DNA of 64,000 bases from assembly GCF_009914755.1 (NCBI RefSeq), contig NC_060932.1, one strand, 5' to 3'. Positions 29,321 through 48,705 of the stretch are shown here, one piece after another (position 1 is the stretch's first letter; each line of letters begins with the position of its first letter). A model generated the notes under the pieces. That model was not told the DNA's origin, did not search any database, and was given only the letters and a program-made list of their open reading frames with translations. The stretch is from the human T2T-CHM13v2.0 reference genome, Homo sapiens. A program made the position numbers and the translations under genes.

Positions 29321-32300
29321 CACCTTCCCTGGCTCTGAGCATTGAAATTGAAGTAAAATTCTAGGCCAGAAGAATCATGGAGAATTGAACATAACAAGCA
29401 TTGAGTAATAAAGCTGGACACAAACTTGATTTGGAACCAATTAAAATACAAATGCAAAATAATCCACAAGTAATTCTTTTTCTTTTGTCCCTGAGGCTTT
29501 GTGAAGGTCGTGTGGACTTTTCAACAGCAGACTTAAAACATTCCCTGAATCAAGATCTGCTTGGTTAGGAATAGAATACCTTTTTGATTTGCTTGGCTAG
29601 TTCTTGAAGCCAACTCTGTGCAGTGTCTTGCAGAGGCCAAACAACTTTAAAACTTAGATTGCTTCTAGACTGCAAAGCTTAGCCAAGTTTTGAGAAGTAA
29701 TTTATTCTCGGCCTCATGTGTTCCATCAGATAGAAGCCCAAGGGTCCCTTTCATATTGAGTGTGTCAGGGACAAATTGGCTTTGGTGGATTCCAGAAAAC
29801 AAAGACAATTTGGGAACAATTTTGGAGGGGAACATTCAAAACTTTCTAGCACCACAGGGCCTAATTTGCTGCTGTATTGAATTTCAGCAATCCTAATTTT
29901 GAGAGTTTTACAACACCTGCTAGTGAAGCCATCCAACTTTTTCTTACTGAATTGATAAGTAGGTAAGAAATAATGTGGCCGCAAGAGTGGGGTAATCAGA
30001 AAACTCAGGAAAAAAAAAGATGAATTGCTCTTTCTCTCAGAGATAAACCCACACAAAACGGCATGAGACTTCTACATTTTCGCACAAACTAATTAGAGTT
30101 TCTTGGCCTTACCTCATTAGACTAAATTCATCTGAACTAAACACATGCAGAGACTCCTACAGTCAACGCACTTCAAATAATACAGGATATGAGGCTGGTG
30201 TAATTGCCAACTTAGCAGAGGAGCCTCTCTTTGCAAAGAGAGTGGAATACTGGTTAAGCACATTCACGTATTTCCTGCCTAATGTAACCGCTAATTAGAT
30301 GAAGGGGTTAGACCCAAAGGTAAATATAAAAAGAATTGCATTGCAGGCCATGAGCTGATCACAGTGGGCAAATCAGTGCTGATTACTTTGATTACAAACA
30401 TAAATGATTAAACCAGATTTCTGTTTCCAACTACCAAAGCTTTCACCACTTCCTTTTAGTTGAAGTTTTACTTTTCATTTATTTTGTATAATAACAAAAT
30501 TAAAAACTAGTAAGCTTCTCAGGGGGTTCTGGATGTCATTGCTGTAGTAGATTGGCTGTTTGATATTGAGTATCTGATATATCTGATTTGTCTTTGATGT
30601 TTCTTCTCTACTTGCATTATTCCTTTTTTCTACTGCCTGAAACAAAATTTCCTATTAGGTAGCCTGAGGAAAACCACAGCTGTTGGGCTCCACTCTTAAT
30701 TTAGACTCTGTTCAGATTTCTGCCTACAGGGTGGGCATTTGTCACAGTGGGAAGCACACAAAGATTCTGGCGGGGACAATGCTGCATCTCAGAATCAAGC
30801 TCTCCTTGGCATTTGTCGCAATTTGCTCTGCGGTGGGCAGGGTATGCTGCCACGTGGCGGCGTTCTTGTGAACACAGGGACACTACTGAGGGGAGGGACA
30901 TGGCAGCAGAAGCAGAGGAATCTTGAGGCGAAACAGAGAAGCAATGAGCAAGTCCAAGCAGGGCTGCGGCCTATTCAGCCCTAATTCTAGGCCAGCACCA
31001 AGTCAGCTGACCAGCCAGGGGCTGGGAGCAGGGCAGGGGGGTAAGGGGGAAGTTTGGGAGGAAGTCCCAACTTTGCAAGTGAAAGGCAGAAATTATTAGA
31101 ACATCAGGCAGAGTCCAGGTCATTGCAAGAATTATATCTACAAGTCAAGGGAGGGCAAGAAGCAAGGTCAAGACTTGCAAATGACTCTGGAAGAGACCAA
31201 GGAGAACCCCAGACCCCCGCTCTTGGGTACAGTGCAAGGCGGGACTCCACTCTCAAGTCAACCTGGCCCCAGTACCTTCAGGAAGTCCCCCCACTCTGAG
31301 CACCTCACCCAACAGGACCTGGTGACAAGCTGGCCTCCATAGAAGTTGTACTGTGAGGGAAAGGGTGGTCTAAAACATGGCAGCTTTATGGAGACTTTGC
31401 CTTATAGCTCAGCACAGCACAAAGCAAATATTTTCAACAAGCAAGAGCTATTGTTATATAGTGGCCTTTCAGACACTAGGTTTTGGGGTTGGTTTATTTG
31501 TTGGCTTGCTTGTTCATTTGTTTTGTCTTTTTGCTACATAGAACATAACAATACATTAGGCAAGATTTTGGGTAGCAAGCAACAGATATCAAATCTGGCT
31601 AACTTAAGCGGGAAGAGTGATGTTTTAAAAAGGTATTAGGTAGCTCATAGAATTACTAGGAAATCTAGAGAGCCAGACCAGGAACAGGACCCAAAAACCC
31701 ACAGCAGAACTGGTTCCCAACTCCAAGTTAGCAGTCCTTTCTCCTTCATTCTTCATCCACTTACCCCCAGGAGTAGAAACCACAGGCTGCACTCCTATCA
31801 CCGCTACTGTGGAATCTTCATCTTATTGTATCCTGTAACCATTAGTCCCGCAGCCACTGCTGCAGTGGGGAGATGGTCATGCTGCAGCCACTGCCACCAC
31901 CAGAGGATTCACTGCAGGACTTGCTTCTGTGTGTTCCCAGATCCTGGTTCAAAGTCAAGGAGTGTGTGAGGTTGGCAAAGCCCAGGTTGCATGATCATGG
32001 CCTCACTGCAAGAGAGGGTGGGAAAGTGAGTGCCTGCCGATCTTTGCTTCCATCATGGTAGGTGAACTCACTCCCACCACAACATTCATAAGGCAGAGTT
32101 CTGCACACTGGAGACACTGGAATGGGACTCAATCAATGGGCAACCAAAGAGAATGACCAACATCTACTGCAGACATCTATTACATATGTAACAGTCGGAG
32201 TGGAGAGAGACCTTATCAGGGGCTGACAGTGCTGGGCCTTTCACCTCTAGCTCACCTGGTCTTACTCCTCCTGTTCCATAGTTATCCCCGTGCCCAGCTG

Positions 32301-34400
32301 CCTACTGGGGTTTCTCAGTGTTCACGTCATCTTTGATCTCATCTGCCAACTACCCAGTTCTTGACCTGTCACTCCCGCTAATCTCTAGAATCTGGCTTTA
32401 GCTTGCTTTCCTGGTTGCTCAGAACATTTCTGAGTCTCAGGTTCTGGCCTCTTGTGCTGTCTGATGGTCCTACCCCTGCAAATGATGCTGATACCACTTC
32501 TGAATGATGACTATGCAGTCCTCAGTGTACCTTAGGACTGTGGCTCTGTAAAGTTCCATTATTGTAAGATCCTATAAGTAATTGAGTCCCCACAGATGGG
32601 ACTATGGTATATGTGGTTCATGCCAAACCCTGTGTCTCAACAGACTGCATTAAGCCAGCTACACTGTGCCATTTAAGAAACATTTTTGCTGACTTGCAAT
32701 AATCAGCTCCCCAACCAACCATCCCCCTCAAACATGTCTGAATTTTCAATAAGTACATTAAAATATTACTTTAAAATACTTCTGTTAAGCACTCTTTTAC
32801 AACAATTGCCAAAAATCTGACAAGAAGTTTGAGGGAAGAAAAAGCGGTCACATCCACACCTCCGCAATGAAGTCTTGTGTTCCCTGGTACAGCCCCTTAT
32901 TTGACATATTTGCAAGCAGAGCCTCAGCCTGCAGTGGCTGTATTTCTTCAAACATGAAAATACTAAGGACACACCTCAGAACACTGTTAGAAGAGATCAT
33001 TCAAGAATGTTTGGCAAGACTTTTTGCAAAACAAACTGCTGAGTAAATAATCTGGGATGCATGTTGCCATTCAGAAGGCAAATAGAGAGAGGAGGAACCA
33101 TCTCATCAGGACCAGTCATGTTCTTTTCATCAAGAATCAAATCCAATATGGAATATACAATGCAGCAGCATTGCCTTCTGAAGGGTCCCGGAGGTAAGCA
33201 AGGAGTTGGACTCCAAGGAAGCAAAAACAGGAAAAGAACCAAAACCATGGATAGAGATTTGGTCTCTGGTCAGAAGTTACTGATAAAACCTCTCTAGGGC
33301 AATTTTACACAGCTGTCGTCTTCATCTACCCTGAGTGCAACAAAACTCTTCACTGTGAACTTGGAAGTCTGTTTCCTGGTGTGTTCAGCTTTGTAAGCTA
33401 CTGTCTGTGATGCTTTCAAGCACAGCCACTTTGGAATTTAAAATATCTGCGTGGTATGATCCTCTATATTCAAACTACTCTGCAAAACACTCTCACATCC
33501 ATTCTTTTGTCTGAATCTGAGAAGCTCAGTGGATAAGTGAGGGGATAAGGGTACAGGAATCAAAGCACAGACACAAGGTCCCTCACTTTCCCAAGATAGC
33601 ACAGAGAGTCAGAGGTAGTCAGTCGAGGTCCCCTAATTCCTACTTTGTGACTGTGTCCCCCTGTTTCCCTCCTCATTTCAAGTAAAATATGTTATCTCCT
33701 CCAAGGGGTTCAGAAAACAGATTTCCCTCCCTTACCTTTCAAGGAGACATTGGCTGCTTTTATCTACTCAGCATCTCTTATTTTCTTTGGAGAACTAACC
33801 CTTCCCTATTTTTGATGGTTCTGATGTCACCGCCATCAAAGGTTGTCCCAGAGCCTCTTGTCCCCACTTGGTATGTTACAAATAGGTAACATATGTCTAA
33901 AAACTGAGTTATGAAAGGCTTTCTGCTACTCCCAAAAGAAAGAACTGGCTTGCATCTGCTCCCGAGATCTTCAAACATCCCTGGCACTGTCCTTCTTAAG
34001 GCTGGAAATTCATGTCATGCTTCAGTTTGCTAGCCTATGCCAACCTAACTCATTCAACTCCGTTATTGCCCATTAATCAACCACATTGGGAGATGGGAAA
34101 GCCTTGGTTTTTAAGTCCTAGGAAAGCAAACAAACAAACTAGTTTCTGGGAAGCATATCAAGTCATTTTTCCTGCATGCAGGCAGACACTTTTGATTTGA
34201 GATTTGGCTGTAAGTGTAAACTTCGCCTGACATCATAATCTAAGTTTACTCAGGCTCTTCAGCTTCAGCAAAAAAGGCCTCACAAATCATTGAGGGAGTG
34301 GTAACACATTTCAGACAGTCACTTGTGGAAGTGCAATACTCATTAAACATCTTCATTGTCTTTACTAGACAGATGTAAATGGCTTCTGAGTCCAGACTGA

Positions 34401-34740
<340 letters not shown>

Positions 34741-35744
34741 TGCCAAGCATTTTCAAATGCACATCAAGTCCCCCAAGTTCTATTTGGCCAAAAGGCTGGT
34801 GTAGGCTCAATTGCTCCTTCCCTGCCCTTGGAGATCTTCCCCTTCTTCCCGGTACCGGCCTTAAGCAAAAATGAAAACCCAAGAAAATATAGGTTGGTTT
34901 TCTCCAAACTCTTTCCTTCACTGGGACTATAACCTCTTCCTGGATCTCCTCCTTAACAGAGTTTGCTTACAGCAAAAGAGACAATATCCATTATTTATTC
35001 TGCAGCACACATTTCAATGAGCATGACCTGTCCAGAGTATTAGCATGCTCCCTTTCAGCTGTCGGCCAGCAGGGAAGGAAGGAAACATTAGGGGGATGGC
35101 ACTGGCACAGATGAGCTCAGACTTCTATGCTCACAGACAAGCCTGGTACTGCCTTCAGAACGAGTCTAAGAACACAGAGCCTGTGTTGAAACCATCATAA
35201 CCTCTTCACATTCGGAGACCCTTACTCCTAACCCCCAGAGTGAAAAAGCTGCCAGACGGATATTACGTTTCCTTTTCTTGCTAGGTTTTCTCAGGCCTAT
35301 ATCAATTTTTTATTTTTTGCAAATGGACAAATGTGTCCATTTGCAGAGCAGAGAGGCTCAAATAACAAACAGAAGAGTTGACAAGATGCCAGAACCCGAT
35401 TTCTAGTCCTCTCTTCCATCCATGCAAGCAAACCACTTAGACCTCTACGTCCCACACACCTCATCCTTCAGAGGCATTTCCACAAGTGTCATTAGCAGCT
35501 TTAAAAAGTGAGGAGAGCATTAAATAATTCCAAACGCATTTTCCCTTTTGGAAATGATCCTTCAAAAGCACCATCTTGAGACAAAACTTTAAAGGTATGT
35601 TGACTTTTATTCCACTGCATAGCTTTAGAGCCCCTGATGTCACATTGTCCTACTGCCTTCATGGTCGGTGGGGATGAGAACAGTGGGAATCACTGTGCTG
35701 TGGAGGAGAAAAGGAGAGCAGGGTCTCGTTCCATTTCTTCCAGA

Positions 35745-35850
35745 ACTTCCCACAACCTTGGCCAGGTCACTCCTTCTCTGGACTTCAGTTTCTGCATCTC
35801 CAAGGTGAAGAGATTGGAGATAATGAATGCTAAGGTACCTTCAGCTACTA
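35745..35850 (+). mobile_element. MIR core
   Basis: accttggccaggtcactccttctctggacttcagtttctgcatct. Confidence 0.65.
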
Positions 35851-36350
35851 ACCTCCTCTCCAGCACCGTCTACACTCTACAGACAGCTGCTTCTCTTCTC
35901 TGTGATGGCCTAGCCTGGCTGGAATGTGAAAAATGAGAAGAAAGCCAAACAAAGCAAACCAAATACCCCCTAGCAATGCTTGTAAATTATAAGCAATTAT
36001 TTTGCACAACTAAGAAAAAGACAAACTTTTTTTTTGAAATGTAACATATTAATGGTGCTAAGAAATAGAAACACTCATTGTGTATCTGTGGTACTTTTAT
36101 TAAGATTAGGACAAAAATTAAAGACATTAGTCCATTTCCATAAGCAAAGTTTGGGGTGGGAGACAACAGTGAGGAGAAGGGAAGGGAATAGAGATTATTT
36201 ATATCTCACTCAATTATCTCTGAAAAATTATAAATCATCTGAAGAAAGTAGGTAACTTTGATATTTTAATCCTTAGTTTGAAATTTTAAAAATTGATTCT
36301 CATTATTTTGATGTGCAGTAATTTAAACAAGGCTGCCAACATGTTAGGTA

Positions 36351-37160
<810 letters not shown>

Positions 37161-38232
37161 ATGGATAGCAATGATGCTATAATAAATAGATAATAATTAT
37201 TCATAATTATCATAACAAAACAATAGCCTAAGTATGAGAACATGGCTTATATTATTGTTCTAACAATTTGCTTAGAATTATGGCTGCATAAAACCTCAAG
37301 ATTTTTATGAGGCTGAGGAGGCCACCTAACTTTCTCTACATACTCTTTAAAAGCCTAAAAAATGATTTCAAGTTCAGTTTCAAATGCCATCTGGTTAACA
37401 TGACCTAATACAGTCTTTCTCTACTTCTCTCAAATTAATCTCAAAGATCCTGGAAAAAAATACCAAAATCTAAAATTTAAGGCTAACAGATAAACTATTG
37501 TAAACTCCTGGGTTCAAGTGAGTCTCCTGCCTCAGGCTTCCAATTAGATGGGACTACAGGCATGCACCACCATGCCCAGCTGGGAATTCTTTTAAAAGAA
37601 TTTGAAATGTCTATGGTTTCAAAGGTAAATGCTTGAATCTACTAATAAACATAAGAGAATAGAACAGGTTCAAGAAGTTTACCACTTAAAGTATCACTTC
37701 TGGGAGTCCCCTGCCCTGGTGTAAGAGCAGGGCTGGACCCAAAGTCCCTTCCTCTTCCATGGAAAGAAGAAGGATCTGGCTTCTCCCTGGACTTCTGTGA
37801 ATATTTATTCTATTTATGGTTCCTAGGAAGTTGTTTGGTGACAGAAGCCCCTTCCTGGGCACTTTCTACCAGTGCTGGAGTAGCCTCCTCTTCTGGACCT
37901 GGCTCAAGAGGCTGGGATTTTAACATATTTTTTAACACAGGACTTTATCTTGGCAAAAATAAGAATAAAGAAAAAGATACAACTTTTTCAAATGGAATAA
38001 AAGCATATAAAGCTTTCTATCTATATTAGGTAGGTATTATTTACAAGAGACATAATTAAAACCTAATAGTATGTAGAGATAGAAAGTAAATCAATCAGCA
38101 TATGCACAGACACACACATGCACACTCACACACACGAAACACATACACCAGGCAAATGGTACCCAAAAGACAACTGATGCTGCTCTAACTGGGAAAAAAA
38201 GCATTATTAGAGATAAAGTTAATCACTACTTA

Positions 38233-38591
<359 letters not shown>

Positions 38592-40522
38592 TTAACAGAT
38601 TTAAACACATATATGCCTAACTATATATGTTCCAAGTATATAAAACTTTTCAGATTATGAGAAGAAAATGATAAATGCATTTATTGTGGTAAGAGATTTT
38701 AACACAATTCTCTGTAAGTGATACATTAGGCAGACAAAAGATTACTAAGAATATAGTTGTAGACCACAACTAGCAACCTTTATCTAAGTGACACAAGGAT
38801 AGAACCCTGAAGCCAATGGTGAGAAATTATAAAACCTCCCACAGGTGTGTGAATTGTTTACAAATACGGATGATGCACGAGGCTAATATTCTACCAACAA
38901 AATTCTCTGACCACAATATCCTGAAATTCAGAAGAAATGAATAAAGGACAATTCCAAAATGTGTATAATTGGATATTAGAGAATATACTTCCAAATAATT
39001 CAAGAGTAATTGAAGAAATGCATGAAAATTTAAAAATAAAAATGCATATAAAAAGCATTAATATAAAGCTTAAGCAGATTGGAGAAAAATATACACACTA
39101 CATGCATATTTTAGAAAAACAATTGAAATCATGAACGAAACATCAAATTTGAAATTCTTCAGTATAAATCCTAAGAAAGTAGAAGAAAAAGTAATAAAGA
39201 GAAGAAATTAAAGAAACATGAGTATAAGAAAAGCTGTTTTTTGAGAAGATAAAATAGAAAAACACTGATTACTGACCTAGAAAAAGAAAAAAAGAGATAA
39301 TCTCTCTCAAAAATGAAAACAAAAACATACAAGTAGAATAGAGATTTTTTAAGTATAAAATAGTAATATAAAATGTTCATGCCAATAAATTTGAACTAGG
39401 ATAAGATTTATAATTTCTTAGAATTTATAGTAAGAATCCTAAAGTAAATCAAAGAAAATATATGTGAATATATAGAACCACCTCAGAATGGAAAAGGATT
39501 GTATAATCATGATGCTAGAGACAAACTTGTAATGAAGAGATTAAGTTGAAAGATAATAAATTGAAAAATATAAACACTAAAAATTACACTGCAAGTTTAA
39601 AAATAACCTAAAATATTTTAAATTTAAAAAACTACGAAAATTTTCAATAAATATGAGACAAATGTGAATATATTAAATATTCAAAAGAGTTATTTCTAGT
39701 ACCTAAAAAGACAAACACCCCAGTAGAAAATAGAAAAGGTATACAAGCACATAATTCACAAAAGTAAAAACCAAATTGCCATTGAATTATTGAATATATA
39801 TATTTTTGAATATATATTGAAAAAATATATATATTTTAATCCACCTTTGGCACACTAGTAAATTAAAAAGCAAAAACAAAATGGAGAGACATAGTTTGAC
39901 CTTAGCCCAAACATAAATTTACAGATAATTTTAAAGAAATGTATAAGCATTGGTGTAAAGATGCACTGTCATGTAATATCGGCAGACACTTAACTTGGTA
40001 TATTTCTGACAGCAATTAGAAAAAGTATAGGAACACTTACAACATGTACATCCCTTAGATTCAGCAATTCTAGTTCTATAATTTACCCTATGGGGAAAAA
40101 AGTCATGGATCTGCATAAAAGCCTATTTCTAGGGATATTCATGCCTACAAAAGAGAAAGTTTAGTAACAAACTACATAACAATGGGAGAAATTAAACCAA
40201 TGAGCTTTGAAATCATTAAAAACAATGCTATAATGGCACAAAGATAGATGAATAGACCAACAGAACAGAGAAAAATAATAGACCCACACATACACCTGAC
40301 TTACAACAAAGGCACCAGTGAAATTCACCGAGGAAAGGATGATCTTTTCAATAAATGGTGCTGGAGCAACTGGATATTATATGGAAAAAATGAACTTTGA
40401 TCTCTAGCTCACACCATACACAAACATTAATTTATGATGGATCATAGACTAAAATGTAAAACTTTCAAGCCTCTAGAAGAAAACATAGATGAATGGCTTT
40501 ATGACCTTGGGGTAGGTATAAC

Positions 40523-40808
40523 TTTTTTTTTTTTTCTGCTCTTGTTGCCCAGGCTGGAGTGCAATGGGGTGATCTTGGCTCACTGCAACCTCCACCTCCT
40601 GGGTTCAAGCAATTCTCTTGTCTCACCCTCCTGAGTAGCTGAGATTACAGGCATCTGCCACTACACCCAGCTAATTTTTGGTATTTTTAGTAGAGACAGG
40701 GTTTCACCATGTTGGGCAGGTTGGTCTCAAACTCCTGACCTCAGGAGATCCACCCGCCTCTGCCCCTCCAAGTGCTGGGATTACAGGTTTGAGCCACCAT
40801 GCCTGGCC
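40523..40808 (-). mobile_element. AluS
   Basis: reverse dimer; gta(t/a)aacttt flanks. Confidence 0.9.
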
Positions 40809-42850
40809 GGTAAAACTTTCTTAAACTGGAAACTAAAAGCTTTAACTACAAAAGAAAAGGAATTGATAAATTGGACTTCATTAAAGTTAAAAAATTCTGT
40901 TTACCAAAAGGCATCACAAAAAGATGGCACTTCACAATAGAGGATGTTTAAACAGCCAGTAAACATGAAAGAAGTACGACATCATTACTCATCAAGGGCA
41001 TACTCATGAAAATGGCAATGATACCACCACATACCCACTAGAATAGTTGCAATTTAACAAACTGAGAATACCAAATGTTGGTGAGGATGTGGAAAAATTG
41101 GAACTCTCCTACACCACTGGTGAGAGTGTCAATTGAAACATACACCTACCCTGAGATATGTTCTTCCTAGGTATGCAAGAGAAATGACAACATATGTCCA
41201 CGAAAAGACTTATACAAGAATGTCCACAGTAGCTTTATTCATAATTGGTACAGCAAATGAAAACAACCCAAGTATTTGTCAATAGGAGAATGAATAAAGC
41301 AAATGTGGTATATTTGTACACTAGAATACTAACAGCAACAACGAAGAAGAATGAACCATTGAACATGCAACAACATAGATGAATCTCTTTTAAAAATTAT
41401 GTTGAGTAAAAAAAAGGCAGATCCAAAAGTGTACTTTTTAAAGAAAAAATCTGTTTATACAAAATTCAAGAGTAGGCAAAATAATCTCTGGTGAGAAAAG
41501 TCAGAATAGAGCCACCTATCAGGATGTTGAATGGGAAGGGACTCAAAAGCGCCTGTGGAGTGATGGAATGTTCTGTGTGCTGATTAGGGTGGGGCTAATA
41601 GATGCACACAGATGTAAACATGTATTGAGATGTATATTTAATATATGTACAATTTCTGTACGTAAATTATACCTTAAATATTTTAAAGGGATGCTATAAA
41701 GAATATTTAATATGGGGAAATATTAACATTGTTTTAAATTTTAAAATTTTTACTAAGTTGTTCATTCAATAGACATTTGTTAGGCATCTACTAAAAGCCA
41801 GACATTATCCTAGGACACAGATAATAAAAATGAATAAAATGGAAAATATCTTTAACCCTTGGCAGCTTACCTTCTAGTGTGAGGTTTGTTATACAATAAG
41901 TACATACATTCAGTATAGGGTAGGTATTATTTTGTGTGTGTGCGTGTGTGTGTGTGTATCTGTGTATATGCTCATTCTTGTCGATATATGTTTAAAATAC
42001 ACGTAGAAAAAAGAATGAAAAACTTTAAGGATGGCATCCGTTTTGGTGATTTAAATTAATTTGTATTATTATCTTTGTGCTTTCATCATTTTCTACAATG
42101 AGCATGCATTCCTTTCATAATCAGGGAAAAAACATTGTTAACAAAACTCTTAATGCAGACATATTGGTTCCTGCAGTTTCTCAGCAGAAGGAGAGCCACA
42201 GCATGCTCCCTGAGAACTTGTAGCTAGTGAGTTTCAACAGCTGTGTAACACCTGGAGCATCTGCATACAACTTGAATGAATCTCTTCCAGGCAATTGATG
42301 TGGAAAGTTTTATTAAGAAAGGAAGGAGAACAAAAACATGACCAGGAAAACTTTAATTGGCATCGTGAAAGGGTCTCTGTAGGGATTATTAACTAAGCCA
42401 AGATTTTTCACTGAACATTAGGTCAAAGTAATTAAATCAGAGCTAGGAACATATCTGAACTGCAGTGGAATGTTTGCCCAGGCTACCAAGTTATATCCTT
42501 CTGTCATTGACTTATAGAATAATACCCTTATGTAAATTCACACAACTTAATTTCCTACCTATAAAATGGGAATAATCATCCCTGTATTAGAGGTCTACCA
42601 CAGTTTTTCACATGGCTCTCACTGACCTAAGTTATATTCTGACATCAAAAAATTAACAGTAGAGCATGCACCCAGCTCCCCAACTGACCACAGTTTATTT
42701 CTCACTTAAATCCCTTCATGTGACACATTCCTTATTGCCAAACTCGATGCTAGGGAAAAGTTACTCTGTGCAAATATCTTAGGATTTAGGTTACTTAGAA
42801 ATCTATATTCTACAATTAATTAGATAATTAGATACAGAACAATTAAGTGA

Positions 42851-43407
<557 letters not shown>

Positions 43408-44322
43408 TTAAACATTATTCTGGGTATGTCTGTGAGGATATTTCTGGATGAGATTAACATTTGAATCTGTAGATTGCCCTCTAACAAGGGAGAGTCTCAT
43501 CCAATCATTTGAAGCCTTGAATAGAACTGAATAAGGCTAAGAGGGAATTTCTTCTGCCTGACTGCCTTCATTCAGGGACATGGGATTTTTTTCTTCTTTT
43601 GGACTCAAACTAAAACATTGGCTCTTCCTAGGTCTCAAATCTGCCAGCTTTCAGACAAAGAACTACACCATTTCGTTTCCTGGGTCTCCATGTTGTCAAC
43701 TGCAGATCTAGGGACCTGTCTGCATCCATAATCACAAGAGCCATTATAATAAGTTTTTTTATACTTATATATTTTATTTGTTTTATTTCTTTATATATAC
43801 TATTTATTCTGTTTCTCTGGAGAAACCTGACTAATCCATATTTGGTAGTGAGAGGGGTTCTAGAGGAATAGAATTTTAAGAATGAGTTCTCTGAACTATT
43901 TCTTGGGTTTCTGAAATTGGCTAATCTGATCATGTTTAAAGACATTAATGACTCAATTTCCAGTAGTAAAGAGAGCACTGATAGTGGTAATGATCTGGCA
44001 ATAAAGATACACAAAATAATATCATTGGATATTCCTAATTTATCACTTATAAGAAGCAACTCTCTGGGTGACTGTATATTTCAAACATTTCTAGCAAACT
44101 AATGCATACAATAAAATTGACTGGTTGCTCCTAATGTCACTGGACAAAGTGGGGAAAGAAAAATATGAGGTCAGAGATTTTAATTCCCAGCTCAAAAACC
44201 ACATAAATGATCTGAAATCTTCTATGCATGCCTGAAGGAGACCCTTCTATCCTGTAGCTGCAGGGCTGAGATTGCTGAAAATCAGAATCAGAATCTCATC
44301 CCAATGACTAGCTAAATTACAA

Positions 44323-44325
<3 letters not shown>

Positions 44326-44374
<49 letters not shown>

Positions 44375-44398
44375 AGAGAGAGAGAGAGAGAGAGAGAG
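44326..44398. repeat. (TA)n(GA)n compound microsatellite
   Basis: directly visible. Confidence 0.95.
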
Positions 44399-45439
44399 GC
44401 CCAAGCAAGCCTTCAAGTCACAAGTAAGTTGCATGAAGAGGTAGCCCAAATACCCATGATACCCTGTCCAGCTACAATGCCTTCTCTCTCTCAGCCTGCA
44501 CCTATGCCCTAATGAGGAGTTCCCTACAATCAGTTGACAGAGCAAGAAAAGATTTGGAACTGGTTTATAGATGGCACTACTCAAAAGTAGGCGGTTGCAA
44601 CATTGCATCCACTTTCCAGGAGATCCCTAAAGGACAATAGTGAAGGAAAATCCTCCCAGTGGGAAGAACTTTGAGCACTGCACTTGGTTGTTTACTTTGC
44701 TTGGAAGGAAAACTGGCCAGACATGGGTATCCTCAGCACAGGAGGATTTTAATAATCTAGTGGATAGGATGACCAGTCAGCATGATGTTATGTAAAAGAA
44801 GATGTATTGACTTTATATCAGTATTTAAGTGTTAATTTTACATTACAGTATTTTAGGTTATTGCGTATCAAAAAGAAAAGTCAATATTACTTAAAGGCTC
44901 CACCTCCCCTTTGGGGGAAGGAGTTACTGTATTTTCATTTGTACACAAAATAGTTGTGTCAGGTTAGGCAGAATTATGACATTGTTATTGTCTTCATTTG
45001 GAGATTAAGTATGGGTTAAGTAGATGTATATGGGTGCCAAGTTGACAAGGGTTGAGCCTGTGATGGATAAAGTTTGTATCAACTCGATTGGGCCACAGGG
45101 TACAGAGTACTTAGGTATTTGGTCAAACACAATTTTGGATGTGTCTATGAGGGTGTTTTGGGATGAGATTAACGTTAGAATCAGATTGAATAAACAGAGG
45201 GTGGGCCCCATCCAATCAGCTGGAGGCCTGAGTAGAACAAAAGGGCTGAGTAAGAGGGAACGTCTTCTGCATGATGCCTTCGGTTAATCAGTTGGGTTTT
45301 CTCCTACCTTTGGACTTGAACTGAAACATTGGCTCTTCCTGAATTTTGAGCCTGCTGGCTTTTGTACTGGAACTATACCATCAGCACTCACTTGCGTGCT
45401 CTCTCTCTCTCTGCCCCCCACCCCCATATATACATATAT

Positions 45440-45749
<310 letters not shown>

Positions 45750-46189
45750 ATACATATATCTTATACACACACAAACACACGCATATGCATATATATATAT
45801 ATATATGTTCTGTTTCTCTGGAGAATCCTCATATACATACATATCTATGTATGGGTATATATGTATGAATATGTATGTATTTGTACATATATATACACAT
45901 ACGCATAATTTAAACATAATATTAATAAAGATTTTTAAGTCACTGTGGTGGCTAGAAATATTATGTCTCTAGATCTGTCAAATATAAGTGGTGTTTTTAT
46001 AATTTACTCATTTGGCAGGTTTTAATCTTATAACTGCTAAAATGACTGTTAACTAGCTATGTGAATATACTACCTCACAGAATTCATCCATAATTATTGG
46101 ACCTATTCCAGCTTAGTTTTCTCTAGAAAATAAATTATATAAGTAAGATTCTTGTGACTGTCTTTATGTAATTACTTTTATTAACATTT

Positions 46190-46810
46190 CCTTGTGGGTT
46201 ACTCATCTCCTTGATCTCTAAATGTTGGAGTATTCCAGTGTTTTAACTTTGGACCAATTTTTGTTTCTATCTACACTCACTCTCTTTGTACTTGCATCAA
46301 GTCCCATAGGTTTAATTACCATCTTTTTGCCATCCAAAATTTACTTTCCCAGCACAGACATTTCCTTAGACTTTAAGCACACATTCCCACTTATAAGCCT
46401 CATGAACATTTCAAAATTATTTTTTCTAAAACTGAGCTCCTGGTATTTGCACACTGACTCTCCCTCTTTTCAGCCACTGGCAATTCCAATCTCCCAGTTG
46501 CCTCTTTATCCTTAATATCCTATTTGTCAGTAGATTCCATCAATTCTGCCTATAAAATATATTTAGAATCTGACATCTGCTGCTACAACCCTGGTCCAAG
46601 CCACCATTACCTCCTGCCTGGACTATTGCAACATTCTTATAACTGCTCTGCTTATTTTTTTCCCTTGACACCAGTCAAGCCCACTCTCAAGAAATCATCT
46701 ATCCAAAATCCTTTCAAAGTATAAATTATATCATGTCATTCCTCTGCTCCAAACCTTCAGAGCCTCTAATTTCAATCAGAGAAAAAGCAAAATACTTTTA
46801 AATTCTTTTA
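46190..46810 (+). mobile_element. L2 (resumes at ~52660-53160)
   Basis: aatgttggagt..ctggtccaagccaccattacctcctgcctggactattgcaac..tcatgtcattcctctgctccaaacc. Confidence 0.75.
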
Positions 46811-46834
46811 AGTCTATATTCGTCTGTGGTCTTA

Positions 46835-48570
<1,736 letters not shown>

Positions 48571-48584
48571 TTCAAGTCAGTAAA

Positions 48585-48705
48585 AAATTTATAATTTTAA
48601 TAAAATTAAAGTCAATAAATTTTATAATTTTATTTAATTTTTAATTAAATTAATTTTAATTTTATTTAATTTATTAATTTAATAATTTTAACAAAATTAA
48701 AAAAT
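48585..48705. repeat. AT-rich low-complexity tract
   Basis: almost exclusively A/T. Confidence 0.9.

Noticed and set aside
32997-33297. Overlapping 78/83-aa ORFs in unique DNA
   Set aside because: No recognisable homology or convincing splice context; length within chance expectation.
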